Shown here one piece after another: positions 48,816 through 60,700 of a stretch of DNA of 64,000 nt; the first letter of the stretch is position 1; every line of letters starts with the position of its first letter. This DNA is from Blastocladiella emersonii ATCC 22665. Lineage: Eukaryota; Fungi; Blastocladiomycota. Position numbers and translations under genes: made by a program. The notes beneath the pieces are model-generated. The model worked only from the letters and a program-made list of their open reading frames with translations. It ran no database searches and had not been told where the DNA came from. The stretch covers positions 2,480,001-2,544,000 of the forward strand of contig JANHCV010000001.1 of assembly GCA_025594325.1 (NCBI GenBank), in the 5' to 3' direction.

Positions 48816-50054
48816 CTAACCAAACGACTGCGACCCAACACTCGTCGCCCCGCTCCCCTGCCCGCGGCGCACGCCGCGGCGGTCGTGGTGGTGGCCGTGG
48901 TACCCGCCCATGGTGTACCGGTTCAGCAGTGCCGTGACGTTGGCCACCTCGTCGTCTTCTTCTTCCGCGCGCCAGCTGGCCGCCGTAGACGGACCCGGGT
49001 CGCTGCGCACCGAGAGCCGGCTCACGGACGCGCTGGTACTCGCCGTGGACCGCGGCGGCGGACGGGCCGAATCGCGCCGCCGACGCCGTTCGCGTGATGT
49101 CGGCGGTGGTGGCGATGGCGAGCGGGATGTGGCGATGGACGGCCGGTTGCGCAGGTACGTCTCGATGGCGCTCGTGGACGGGCGCCGCGGAGCTGCAGGT
49201 GCGGGCGAATCGTGTCTGTCGAGTCGTGACGCGTCCGCAGTGGGTCCGGTCAGCGTCGATGGTTCGGCCGAGAGCGCGAGCGAGCCGTGCAGCGTCGACA
49301 TGTCAAAGTCGAGCGGGTGCGGAGCCTGCACCGGGGCCCGCAGAGATGGTGGGCGGTTGAGCTGGATGTACGAGACGTCGTGGTGCGACAAGGCGGTCGG
49401 GAACGCGGCGGACGGCAGCGGATCGACTGCTGCGACGGCGCGAGGAGCGAGCAGGCCAGCGACTCGGTCGATCTCAGCCTACATGACCGTTGTGAGACAC
49501 GCGGGGTAGGGACGCGGTGTAGCCGGAGTACCTGGAGCGTAGGCGAGACCGTACGTCCAGCGACAGTTGGTACAGCAACGGGAACGAGAGGCCGTTGCGG
49601 TCGCGGTGGACTCGCCGCCCTGTTCTCGACCTCGGCGACGGGCGGTGGAGCCGCGCCTCGAGTCGCGGCGGCGGCGGCTTCCCTCATCATCTCGACGCGC
49701 TCGCGCTCGAGCAGGCGGATGTGTTCCTGGGACGTCTTGAGCCGGATAAGCGCCTTCTTGAGTTTCCGCTTCATCGCGACGGCTACGAGCGTGACGAGTG
49801 AGCCCGACGTCCGCGAAGCACCAGTAAAGCCTGAATGCACCCTGTTCATCGTTCACGGCAGCCCGCTGAACCGACTCAGCTTCCTTCGCCGCCCTCACAG
49901 CAGCTAGCTCGGCCTCGAGCTCCTTGCGCCTCGCCTCGGCCGACGCGAGCTCGCGGACGAGCCGGAGCAGGCCGGCCGGGTCGCCGACCGTTGGCAGCAC
50001 GGGTAGCGGGCCAGGACCAGCGTCTCCCGCCCTCCGCGATGCAGCATGATGCAT
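48816..50054 (-). CDS. Hypothetical protein: N-terminal coiled coil plus Ser/Pro/Arg-rich tail, about 3 exons
   Basis: MHHAASRR...ELASAEARRKELEAELAAV|AVAMKRKLKKALIRLKTSQEHIRLLERERVEMMREA...|AEIDRVAGLL..., linked by plausible GT-AG introns. No family recognised. Confidence 0.5.
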
Positions 50055-50110
50055 GGGTGCCCTCCGAGTCTTCATTGCAAGCGTGCGATGTGCGGGCAGC
50101 GCGAGTGGCG

Positions 50111-50130
50111 CGCGTCGCGCGACGCGTCTC
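50111..50130. promoter_or_regulatory. Palindrome CGCGTCGCGCGACGCG plus ACGCGTCTC in a ~185-bp divergent promoter
   Basis: Read directly; lies between the ATGs at 50054 (-) and 50239 (+). Same motif family as at 3655 and 13053. Confidence 0.4.
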
Positions 50131-50238
50131 ACGTCCCACGTGGCGGCGCGGCGATCGGCTGTTCCGGCCCGCTGACATCGTGCCGCCGGCTTTGGCGGAG
50201 CGCTCTCTCTCCCCACGCAACCTTGAAAGACGAATCGC

Positions 50239-51882
50239 ATGCACCGCGCTCTGGCCGTCCTCTTGCGGCTCCCTGCTCGACGCGCGCTCGCTGCTGCTGC
50301 TGCTGCCCGACCTCACCTCCCACCTCTCCGCCCGCACCGCCTGACGATGTCGACCTCTGCTACCACCCAGAACCCGCTCGGCCCAGACCCGCCGTCGCCG
50401 CCGTCGCCCGACGCATTCGAGAACGCGGCGTCGGGCCACGCGCTCGCCGTCGCCGACCAGGTGAACCGCGACCGGTCGCTGCTGTCGCGGACCAACGCGC
50501 AGGGCTGGGCGCTGCTGCACCTCGCCGCGCGGTACGGCCACGCGCGCGTCGTGCGCGCGCTGCTCGATGCGGGCGCCGACCCCGCCGTGCGGTCGGCCGA
50601 GGGCAAGACGGCCGCCGAGATCGCCGCGTTCTGGGGCCACGCGGACGTCGCGGCGCTGCTCTCGGCCAAGGCCGAGGTCCTTCTGCCAGGTGGCGCGCGC
50701 CGCGCTGTCAAGAACGGGCCCGATGTCACGCTGCCCATCACGTTCGCCGGGACGGGGACGATCGACCGCGTGGCGCCGCTGCGCGGGAAGCCCGACGCTG
50801 TCGACGCCATGTACCGCGACCCGCGCGCCCTGATCGTCGCGTTCGCTGGGCCGCAGGTCCTGTGGCACGCTCGCGGGAGTGGCACCGGCGACCGTGCCTC
50901 CTCGCTCAACCAGCAGCCGCTGCGCTACGTGACGCGCGACGACCTGACCTCGTGGGTCGCTGGCGGTGCGTTCGCCGGGTACCCGCCGACGGCCGCGAGC
51001 GCCGACGCGAACGCGAAACTGCCGCCGCCGCTCATGGTCCTCCTCGGCGTCGACACGGCCGACTCGGCGCGCCCGTACTTTGCCGTCGACCTGCTCAGCT
51101 CCGGCGCCTTCGAGTCGCCCGACGCCGTCCTCATCAGCTTCCCCGACGCGCGGCTCACGGACATGCGCATGGCCGCCGCGAAGCTGTACGCGGCCGGCGC
51201 GCACTTTGACGCGGGCCTGCTCGCGCAAGCGCGCAGCGTGCTCGACTGGCACGCGCGGCACGGGTTCTGCGCGGGCTGCGGGGCGCGCACCACGGCCGAC
51301 GAGGCCGGGTACCGCCGCGTGTGCCCGAACCAGCCCGCCAAGGGCAGCGCTGGCCCGCACAAGTGTCTCAGCGGGGTGCAGAACTTTGCGTACCCGCGCA
51401 CCGACCCCGTCGCCATGGCGTGCGTGATCCACCCGGCGGGCGACCGTATCCTGCTCGGCCGCAACCCAGCGTGGCCGCGCGGCATGTACAGCTGCACCGC
51501 GGGGTTCGTGGAGCCCGGCGAGTCGCTCGAGGCCGCGGCGCGCCGCGAGGTGTACGAGGAGACGGGCGTCGAGGTGCGCGAGGTCGAGTACGTCATGTCG
51601 CAGCCGTGGCCCATGCCCAACTCGCTCATGCTCGGGTGCATGGCCCAGGCGCAGAGCGAGCGCGTGGTGCTGCATGATGACGAGCTTGAGGAGGCGCGCT
51701 GGTTCACGGCTGACGAGGTGCGCGGGATGGTCGCGGCGTCGGACGCGCGGTTCATGGGAGCGGGAACTGCGGGCGCGGGTGCTGGTGCGACGTTTGTGCC
51801 GCCGGCCAGCAGCATCGCGGGCATCTTGATCCGCGAGTGGGTCGGGCGGTGGGCGCCGACGATGCCCGCTGCGCGGATGTGA
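50239..51882 (+). CDS. NUDT12: NAD(H) diphosphatase / deNADding Nudix hydrolase, NUDT12/NudC family with N-terminal ankyrin repeats
   Basis: Single exon. Ankyrin repeats GWALLHLAARYGH and GKTAAEIAAFWGH, zinc motif FCAGCG...RVCPN...KC, YPRTDPVA, Nudix box GFVEPGESLEAAARREVYEETG and the NudC signature SQPWP. Confidence 0.92.
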   Translation: MHRALAVLLRLPARRALAAAAAARPHLPPLRPHRLTMSTSATTQNPLGPDPPSPPSPDAFENAASGHALAVADQVNRDRSLLSRTNAQGWALLHLAARYGHARVVRALLDAGADPAVRSAEGKTAAEIAAFWGHADVAALLSAKAEVLLPGGARRAVKNGPDVTLPITFAGTGTIDRVAPLRGKPDAVDAMYRDPRALIVAFAGPQVLWHARGSGTGDRASSLNQQPLRYVTRDDLTSWVAGGAFAGYPPTAASADANAKLPPPLMVLLGVDTADSARPYFAVDLLSSGAFESPDAVLISFPDARLTDMRMAAAKLYAAGAHFDAGLLAQARSVLDWHARHGFCAGCGARTTADEAGYRRVCPNQPAKGSAGPHKCLSGVQNFAYPRTDPVAMACVIHPAGDRILLGRNPAWPRGMYSCTAGFVEPGESLEAAARREVYEETGVEVREVEYVMSQPWPMPNSLMLGCMAQAQSERVVLHDDELEEARWFTADEVRGMVAASDARFMGAGTAGAGAGATFVPPASSIAGILIREWVGRWAPTMPAARM

Positions 51883-52349
51883 TCCTCACTCGGCCACTCA
51901 TAGTATACATGGTCTCGTTTCTTCCTCGTTCGTGTTTGATGCCCGAGTTCCAACGTGGGAGCAGCATGGTGTGTGGAAGAGAAGAGCTCGGTGACGCGCG
52001 CAAACAAGGGAGTCGTCGGCTCGGGTCCGCCGTGCCGCGTGGCCGTTTCAGCGTCACGCGCGGATGAAGGACGCGTCGAATCCTTGATCGGATCAGCGCA
52101 CCACCACCACCTACATATTCACTCGCAGTGGGCGGCCAGGAAACCAATCCTGAAAGACTGTCAAACTTCCGAAGATGACAGCTCGGCTCGAAGGAGTGAT
52201 AGAAGGGAGACTCGGCGTCGCGAGCGAGCGACACGTCGGCGCTCACAACACACGAAGATAATTACGATGAGAAAGCGAGCTTGCATCTATATTTTTTTTC
52301 GTGCTCGAACGAACACACAAAACAAGACTCCCTCCACGTCACAACGATC

Positions 52350-54844
52350 TTACTCGATGTGGCACCAGTCACCGTAGCCGCAGTACTTTTGCTCGTCCGT
52401 GTCGACGCAGTTGAGGAACCAGGCGGGGAAGGCGATGCCCTGGTCCTCGATGACGAGCGTGATGAAGAGCGAGGTGAGGGCCGAGCCGACGTCGAACGCC
52501 GTGGCGAGGACGTAGTTGTACTTTTTCCACCACGCCGAGCGGTAGCGGTACACGTAGAACTGGAAAAAGGCCGAGACGAGGAAACCCGTAAAGTGGTAGG
52601 CCTGGTTGCCCGAGGGACCCTGGGGCTGGAGCAGAATGGGCGCGTAGATGAGCTGCCACGGGATCGGGCCGCCGACGAACAGGTAGCACAGGCGCAGCAC
52701 GATCGGGAGGGAGATGCCGAGGGCGACGCCGACGTAGATGACGGGCGCGTACGACGACTCGAAGAAGAAGCGCTTGGGCCCGACGGCGCCCCAGATGAGC
52801 GAGGCCGAGTAGTACGTGTTGAGCGTCTGCGACGTCCACTGGTTGCTGGTCGCGGCCTTGGACCCGAACAGCGTGACCCACTCGCGGTGCGCGGGGTTCT
52901 GCATCCAGAACTTGTACGTGATGTAGCAGAAGAAGACGGCCATGATCTGCGACAGCAGCTGCGACAGGAACACGTGGCGAGGCGGGACCTAAATATGAAC
53001 GAGATCGCGGTCAGTGTGCCTGGCTTCGTCGCACAAGCTGCGCAAGCTGCGCGAGCAAGCTGCCACATACCTTCATGTAGTGACCCAGCTTCAGGTCGGA
53101 GAGAAGGGTCAGGCACTGGAGCGACACCGTGACGCCGAGGCACTTGAAGGCCATCATGACAATGGGCTGGCCGGGCAGGATGAGGCCGATGAGGAACTGC
53201 GAGACCACGTTCATGTAGAGCGAGATGCCCGAGGTGGCGAGCACAATGGCGATCGGGACCGTGCCGAACGCCGACAGGGCGACGGCGAAGAAGGTGGCCC
53301 ACCACGGCGTGTTGAGGCCCGAGAACTGGCCGACGATGGTCGTCAGGATGCCCGTCACGATGAAGAAGCCGTAGTACCACGTGTTGGGAACCTCGTCGTA
53401 CTTGTCGATGAGCTGGCAGTGGATGTCGTTCTTGTCGGCCTTGCCGCCCGCGCGCCACTGGCGGGCAATGTCCTTGCCGTGCCACACGATGGTGTTGGTG
53501 ACCGACGAGGTGAGCGACGCGAAATGGCCCATGTACGCGAACGCAAACAGGCTCGACATGTGGATCGGCTTGACCTTCTCGTACAGCGAGTCGACGACGC
53601 GCTTCGTGTTCTTGTCGACAATCATGGCGCCCTTGAACGACTTGCCGTCCTTCTTGAACAGGCCCGTCGTGTTGAGCGGCAGGGCCGTCGCGGGCTGGTT
53701 GAACCAGTTGCCCTGCCACGCGAGCGGGGTCACGATCCACAGGAAGATGATGGACGAGATGAGCTGGTTGACGGCGACCCAGAAGGGGACCGACATGGGG
53801 CCCGACCCAATAATCGTCCAGTCGAGCGACAGCGACGCGATGCCGGGACCCCACGTCGGCGAGCCGAGCTTCTGCATGACCGAGTCCGACGGCGAGAAGA
53901 AGCACAGCAGCGGGATGAAGCGCAGCATGGGCGCAATGAACGACGGGAAGAAGGTGTAGATGGCCATGGCCAGCGTGCCGACGCCGAACATCTTGAGCTG
54001 CGACCACGAGTGCTTGCCCTCCGACTCGGCCTTGACCTCCTCCTCGATGGCCGAGTGCAGGTCGCCCTGGTGGAACGCCATGAACATGGCGACCGACGGC
54101 AGGATCGACGGCCAGATCATGGCCTTGGGCCGGATGATGAACGAGCGGCACATGCCGGCGATACCGAAACCGAGCGTGGCCGAGCAGAACAGGAACGCGA
54201 TGCCCCAGAAGTGGCCAATGTCGAGGTCGTAGAAGATCTCCTGCACGCCGAGGTTGTCGATGCCGTAGATGGACGAGGCGCCCGTCGACGCGAAGATGTT
54301 GATGAGCACGTGCTCCTTGACCGAGAAGGGGCCCGGGTTGGTGTCGACCTCGATGCCGAACAGGTTGAACTTGACCGACGGCATCGTCTTGGCCATGAAC
54401 ACGCCCATGGGGTACGCGAGCAGGATGGCGACGTAGCTGGACACGCCGAACGCGACCGAGCGGAACAGGAAGAGCGTGTTGATGGCTATATGGTTTTGGT
54501 TTGGGGTACGTGAGTGGTGCTGTTCGTTGGTTTGTGATCGAGGCGGTGGTCGTCGTGGTCGCGCGTCGTCGTGATCGCGGTCATGATGCGGCCGCGGAAC
54601 GAGCAACGACGCGGAACGAGTCCGCGCCGAGAAAGAAACAAAAGGTGATCGTACCGCCGAGAATGAAGCAGAAAAAGGTGCCGATGATCCACACACGCAG
54701 CGTGAACGACGGCAGCGACGTGTCGTCGGTGGTGGGCACGACCTTGGAGATCATCTCCTCGAAGTCGGCGTCCATGACGAGACTCGACTCGCCGCCCTCG
54801 ACCTCGGCGGCCTTCTCGTTGACGTGCTTCTCGTCAGCCGTCAT
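52350..54844 (-). CDS. OPT-family oligopeptide/glutathione transporter, 3 exons
   Basis: VVPTTDDTSLPSFTLRVW, NPGPFSVKEH, AMIWPSILP, LSDLKLGHYMK|VPPRHVF, YYSASLIWGAVGP and WWKKYNYVLATAFDVG are typical OPT motifs. Confidence 0.95.
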
Positions 54845-57709
54845 GGTGGTGATGGTTGTTGGTTGGTGGTGGCGTGGGTGACGGAGCGAGGATGTGCGCG
54901 GTGGGCAGGATCGGGGTCCGTCGTCTATGAGGTTGGGTGGTTCGTTGGTCGGTCGAAAGGGGGAAACAGCGCAGCTGAACACTCTCTACGAGGGAACAGA
55001 AACCAGGAGGTGGTCGGGGGGATCGACGAGTATTTGAACGGGCGGCGAGCGAGGGACGCGGGCGCGATCGTCGTCGTACGCACGAGGGCAGGCATCCCCG
55101 CCCATATTCCGGCGGGGTACCTCCATATGGGCCGCTGTGGTCCCTCACGCGGGTGTGAGCGTGTGGGCCGGCGAGCAAGCACGGTCAGGCGCCGCCGCCA
55201 GAGACTGCCAGAAGAGAGGTCACGGACGCCCGGCGCCACACACACGCGCGCGCGCGTGCGGGCTCTCTCTGCGATGTCGGATCAGAATTGCCATCAGCGG
55301 TCGCCGTCACCCTCACGCGCGCTCGCTCACTCCCATATTGCCGGGGGTACGTGGGCTGGCTGTGGCGTTGTCATGCGGCGGCGCCGCAACACCACACACC
55401 CCCGCAAACCGCCGCTGCCGCCGCCACGACGCCGCTCGCTTGCACCGCGTGATTCGAGACGCGCCGGCAGAATCCTTCCAGCACACTGCTCTTTCAGTGT
55501 CAGTGGCGGCGGCATCCCAGTTCGCCATCTCATCGTTCCATCGCGTCGGCGACAATGGCGACGATCTCACTCTCACATGGCCGCCGCTGCTCGCGCTCGG
55601 ATCCAGTTGAGGGAGCCTCGGGCTAGACACCCTCAGCGATATGGACGCGCTTCGCCCAGCGTTCGAAGGTGGAGCGGTCCAGGTTCTCGGTTGGTCGCCC
55701 GTCGCCGCTGCTCGTCGTGCGGTGAGGAAGCACCGCCGCCCTCGCCCTCGCCCTCGCGCTCGCTCGCATGACACGGCCGCGAGCTTGCATGAGAGCAAAC
55801 ACAAGCGCCTGGCGTCGCACTGTGCTCGACGCCAGACGCCAGCTGGCGTCGTCGAAGCACCGCCAGTCCAGAAGTTGGCGCACACACGGACTGCCCGCGT
55901 GAGGCACCACCAACCAACCACACGACCAACGAGCCGACAGAGCGTGTGTGGCGCTGGCGCAGCTGGCGTCGAGAAGCTGGCGTCGTGCAGCAAACGGCCG
56001 TCGTGACCACGACCAGAAGCGTTCGCTCTCCGCTCTCCGCAGTGCAAACGATGGGATCAACCGATGACCGGTGAGGTTGGAGCGCCGCCGCCGTCGCGAA
56101 GGTCCGTCGCCCTCTCTCTCCCTCGCGCTCCTTCGCGGCGCGTTGCCCTCGAGATGGAACCTCGGCAGCGGGGAACGTTTAACGGGACGAGTTGGCGACG
56201 CGGAAGCGCGACACGCGTCTGACCGAGTCGTTGCTGTTGTGGTTTCGCGCGGCGAGACGGCGATCCGCGTTGCGACGGCGGTGACGCTTCGGGATCCTTG
56301 CTCAACTTGACGACGAGGGTCCAAAGTTGCGGCGCCGAAGCGCGTCGTGCCGCCACTGGTTGCGGCCCCGCGTTCGCTGAAGTTGGGCGCGCTACGAGCT
56401 CGGCCGTGTCATGTATACGCGCAAGCGATGGAATTGGATCACTTTTCGTCATTGAGAATGAGGCTGGCTTTGGACTAGAGTGAGGAGTCGCGTCACGATC
56501 TCGCTCAACAGCCGCGGCAACGGCGGCTTTTGGCGACGCGGTAAGCAAGCTTGCTCGACTCGCAAGGCGGGTCTTGCATGCAGGCGAGAGACTTCTAGTA
56601 ATGCAGATAATGCTAAAGCGTTGACCCTATGATCAGGTTTTTCCGTGCAAGCGCTGGAACCTCGGGCGGGAGTGGTCGTCGAGCGCGACGCGTCTCGAGG
56701 GATGAACGTCGCGATCAACTTCCCAATCAAAACGCGTCGCGTCACTTTTCTAAACTCCGTGCGCGACTTCACGGGCTGAAAACTGGTTGTCGAGCAGGGA
56801 GTCAACTCTCGGGTTGTGATCGGCACAACGATCCAGCGTGCGCGGTCGCGTCGTGATCGATGCGGGATTGGCGTCCATGGTCAATGACGCTTCAGTTCGG
56901 CCCCGTGGCCAGCGAGCGCACGAGAGACATGATCCGCATCACTCGTGGTAGTGGTTGGCTGCAACAGGACTTTGTTTCGAGCGCGACGTCGCCGTGGTGT
57001 TGCACATCGGTAGTCATTGCCGACGTATCAAGCTTGCTGCTTTCTTGGGTCTCGCACATGTGTAACTCTCCAATCGATGCGGCACGAAGGGAGTGTGTTG
57101 GCCGTGCGACTATCTCCCCGACGGAGGGCAGTGCGGTTGCAAACACGTAGGTGACGAAGGCTTGCGATAGCGACGACAAGCCTCGAGGGAACCCCGCGAT
57201 CAAGGTTTCGATCAAAAGCGTCGCGACGCAGGCTGCGTTCCGTCGCTTCTCGCGGCTCCGAGAGCATCTGCGCGGGCTAAATGCACGCTTCTAAGCAGTG
57301 AACGATCGCTCAGATTTAAACCAATACAAAGAGTCTGTCGCAAGCGTTGGGACTGATTCGGGTCCACTGTCGTTGGACAGGGACGCGTTTTCAGCGTGGC
57401 CGCGCACCACCAACGTGCGAGGCTTGGAACCTCGTTGCTTGGGAGCAGTGCTCGCGGTCCAGGTCGTGCTGCCTCTACCTACCGTTTGCTCTTGAGCAGC
57501 CGTGTGTCGCGGTGGGCGCGATCAACTTTCCCATCAAGAAGAGCACGGTGCGTCGCGTCGCGTCGCTTGTCGGACTGTGCAAGTCGAGCAAAGTCAAGAC
57601 TCGCCGAGGAACAAACACGAAGACGTTACCGAGAAAGAGCTAGTGTTGATTCCAAAACGGTCACAAAACGCGCACAAGATAACGGATACAGAACAAGAAC
57701 GCAGAGCAC

Positions 57710-60700
57710 CTAGTGCCCGCCGCCGAGCTTCTGGCTGTTGACGAGCGACGTGTACAGCCCGTTCATGGCGTACAGCTCGTCGTGCGTGCCCTGCTCGGCG
57801 ACCACGCCGTCGCGCATGCACAGGATGAGGTCGGCGTCCTGGATCGTCGAGAGACTACGTTTCGGACGCAAAAGGGGAGGGAGGGTCAGCAACTGGGTCG
57901 TCGACACGAGGCGGACGAGCTCAAAAAAAGACGTACCGGTGCGCAATCGTGATGGTCGTGCGGCCCGCCGACACGCGGTCGAGCGCCTCCTGCACAACCT
58001 TCTCGGACGCGGAGTCCAGCGCCGCAGTACTTTCGTCGAGCAGCAGGATCTTGGGCGACTTGAGAATGGCCCGAGCTACAGGGTCGGGGAGCGGAAGGGA
58101 GCGAGGGAAGGCGTCAGTTAGCGGTCGAACTCGCGAGGGCGCGGGCGCGGGCGTGAGCGCAAAGCCGTACCAATGGCGATGCGCTGCTTCTGGCCACCCG
58201 AAACCTGCGCGCCCGTGATCAGCGTGTCGTAGCCGTCGGGCAGCGACGTGATGAACTTGTGGATGTTGGACACCTCGGCCGCCGCGTGCACCTCGGCCAT
58301 GGTCGCGTCGGGCTTCGAGTACCGGATGTTGTCGGCGATCGACATGGAGAAGAGCTGCGGCTCCTGCCCGACCAGCGCCATGTGCGACCGCACGTTGGGC
58401 AGGTTCCACTGCCGCACGTCGAGCGCGTCCACCTCGACCCGACCCGAGCCCACGTCGTACCAGCGCAGCAGCAGTCCGATCAATGTGCTCTTGCCTCCCC
58501 CTGACCCGCCGCAGATCGCAATCTTCTTGCCGTAGGGGAAGCTGGCGGTGAGGCCGCGGAGGATGGGGGCGTCGGGACGCGTCGGGTACGCGAACTCGAC
58601 CTGGTGCGCGTCGACGCGGCCGTCAATGGTCGGGCGCGTCTCGCCGGCGGGCGACAGCGTGTCGATGGGCGGCGTGCGGTCGATGAGCTCGAAGAAGGAC
58701 GCGGCGGCGATCTTGGCCTTGGCCGCGTTCGGCCCGAACGCCGACATCTGGCCGGCACCCATGGCGGCGAACACGACCGAGAACATGGTCGTGAACATGT
58801 CCGACACGTCGAGCCCGTCGTCGAACACGAGGCGGTAGCCTGCGTAGAACGACGCGCCGTAGATGAAGAAGGGCGCGCCCTGCGCGAAGCCCGTGCCGAG
58901 CGAGCCGACCAGCGCCTTGCGCATCGAGATCTTGTGCGGCGCTAGGATGTTGGTTTTGAACTCGTCGAGGAAGTACTGCTGGCGCGTGAGGGAGTGTACG
59001 GTGCGGATGTTGGACAGGGCGTCGCACGTCACCTGCGCGGCCTTGGCGTACGCCTTGGTGATCTTGGCGCCGCTGCCGCTGAGCACCTTGACCTGGAGCG
59101 CGCCCGCGATCGCCATGAGCGGAGCGCACGCGAGGATGATGAGCGTGAGCTTGTACGAGTAGATGAAGGCGATCACGAGGCCGCCGACGACGTTGAACAC
59201 GAGCTGCACGATCGAGCCCATGTACGCGCCCGTGAGACCCTGGATGCGGTCCGCCTCGTCGCTGAGCTGGTACGTGAGCGCGCCCGTGCCGTGGGCCTTG
59301 TCGTCGAACCAGCCAATGTTCTGGCGCAGCATCGCGCGGAACGCCATGGACCGCACGCGGCGCGTGAGGCGCTCGCCTGCGACACCGAACAGGCCGACCT
59401 GAAGCGAGTTGACGATGAAGGCCGCAGCCGCGAGCACGAGGAACATGAGCGCCCAGAAGTTGGCGTCGGTGCGCATCTTCTCGCGGTCGGCCGTCGCGAA
59501 CACACCGAGGATCTTGGAGAATATGACCGAGAACAGCGGCATGATGATGCCGTTGATGCCCGCGGCGAGGACCGCGACCGAGAGCATGCCGGCCTCGGGC
59601 GCCTGCATCTTGAACACGCGCATGAGGCTGACGTTGACCTGCTTGGCCTTGGCCGCGAGCACGTCGGGGTCCTCGTCCTCGCTCTTGCGCGGCGAGTCGG
59701 CGGCAGCGTCAGGGACCGAGGCCGAACTCTTGCCGCCAGCCGCGAGCGACTTCTTGCTGCCGAGCGCCGCCGGACCCGAGCCATTGAGCGGCGTCTTCTC
59801 GTTGGCGCCGACCGAGGGCTCGAGGTCGAGGACCGTGGAGCGGTTGCCGCTGGCGTCGAGGTGGTTCTGCGCCATGAACACCTTGTCGACGTCGATGGCG
59901 TCGGGGTCCGTGGGCGCCGAACCGCCGCCGAGATCGCCGTCGTCGGCCGTGGTGCGCACCTCCTGCGCGCGGACGAGCTCGGCGTAGTAGCCGTTGCGCG
60001 CGATGAGCTCGTTGTGGGAGCCCATCTCGACGATCTCGCCCTGGCGCATGCACACGATCTTGTCGGCGTCGCGAATCGTGGAGAGACTATCGATACGAAG
60101 ACGAATCGTAAGCGAAACTGTTCGAGTATTGCGAGAAGGAGTTCAGAATCGTACCGGTGAGCGATGGTGACGGTGGTGCGGCCCTCGGAGACGCGGTCGA
60201 GCGCGTCCTGGACGATCTTTTCGGATTCGCTGTCAAGCGCAGAAGTACTTTCGTCGAGCAGCAGAACGTTGGGCGACTTGAGAATAGCACGCGCTAGATG
60301 CGAGGGAGGGAGGGGAAGTGAGTCGGCCGGGTCGCGCGAGCGTGACGAGGTGAAGGAACCGTACCGATTGCAATGCGCTGCTTCTGGCCACCCGAGAGGA
60401 GCGCGCCGCCGCCGCCGACACGCGTCTCGTAACCATCGGGGAGCTTGGCGATGAAGGCCGCGGCGTTGCTGAGCTTGCACGCCTTCTCGATGTCGGAGCG
60501 CGACGGCGTGGTGCCCTCGGGGGCGCCGAGCGCAATGTTCTCGGCAATGGTCGAGTCGAAGAGGATGGGCTCCTGCGAAACGAGGCCGAGGCAGCGGCGG
60601 TACGACTCGAGGTGGTACTCCTTGATGTTGACGCCGTCGACAAGCACCTCGCCCTCGACCGGATCGTAGAAGCGCAGGATGAGCTGCAGGACGGTCGACT

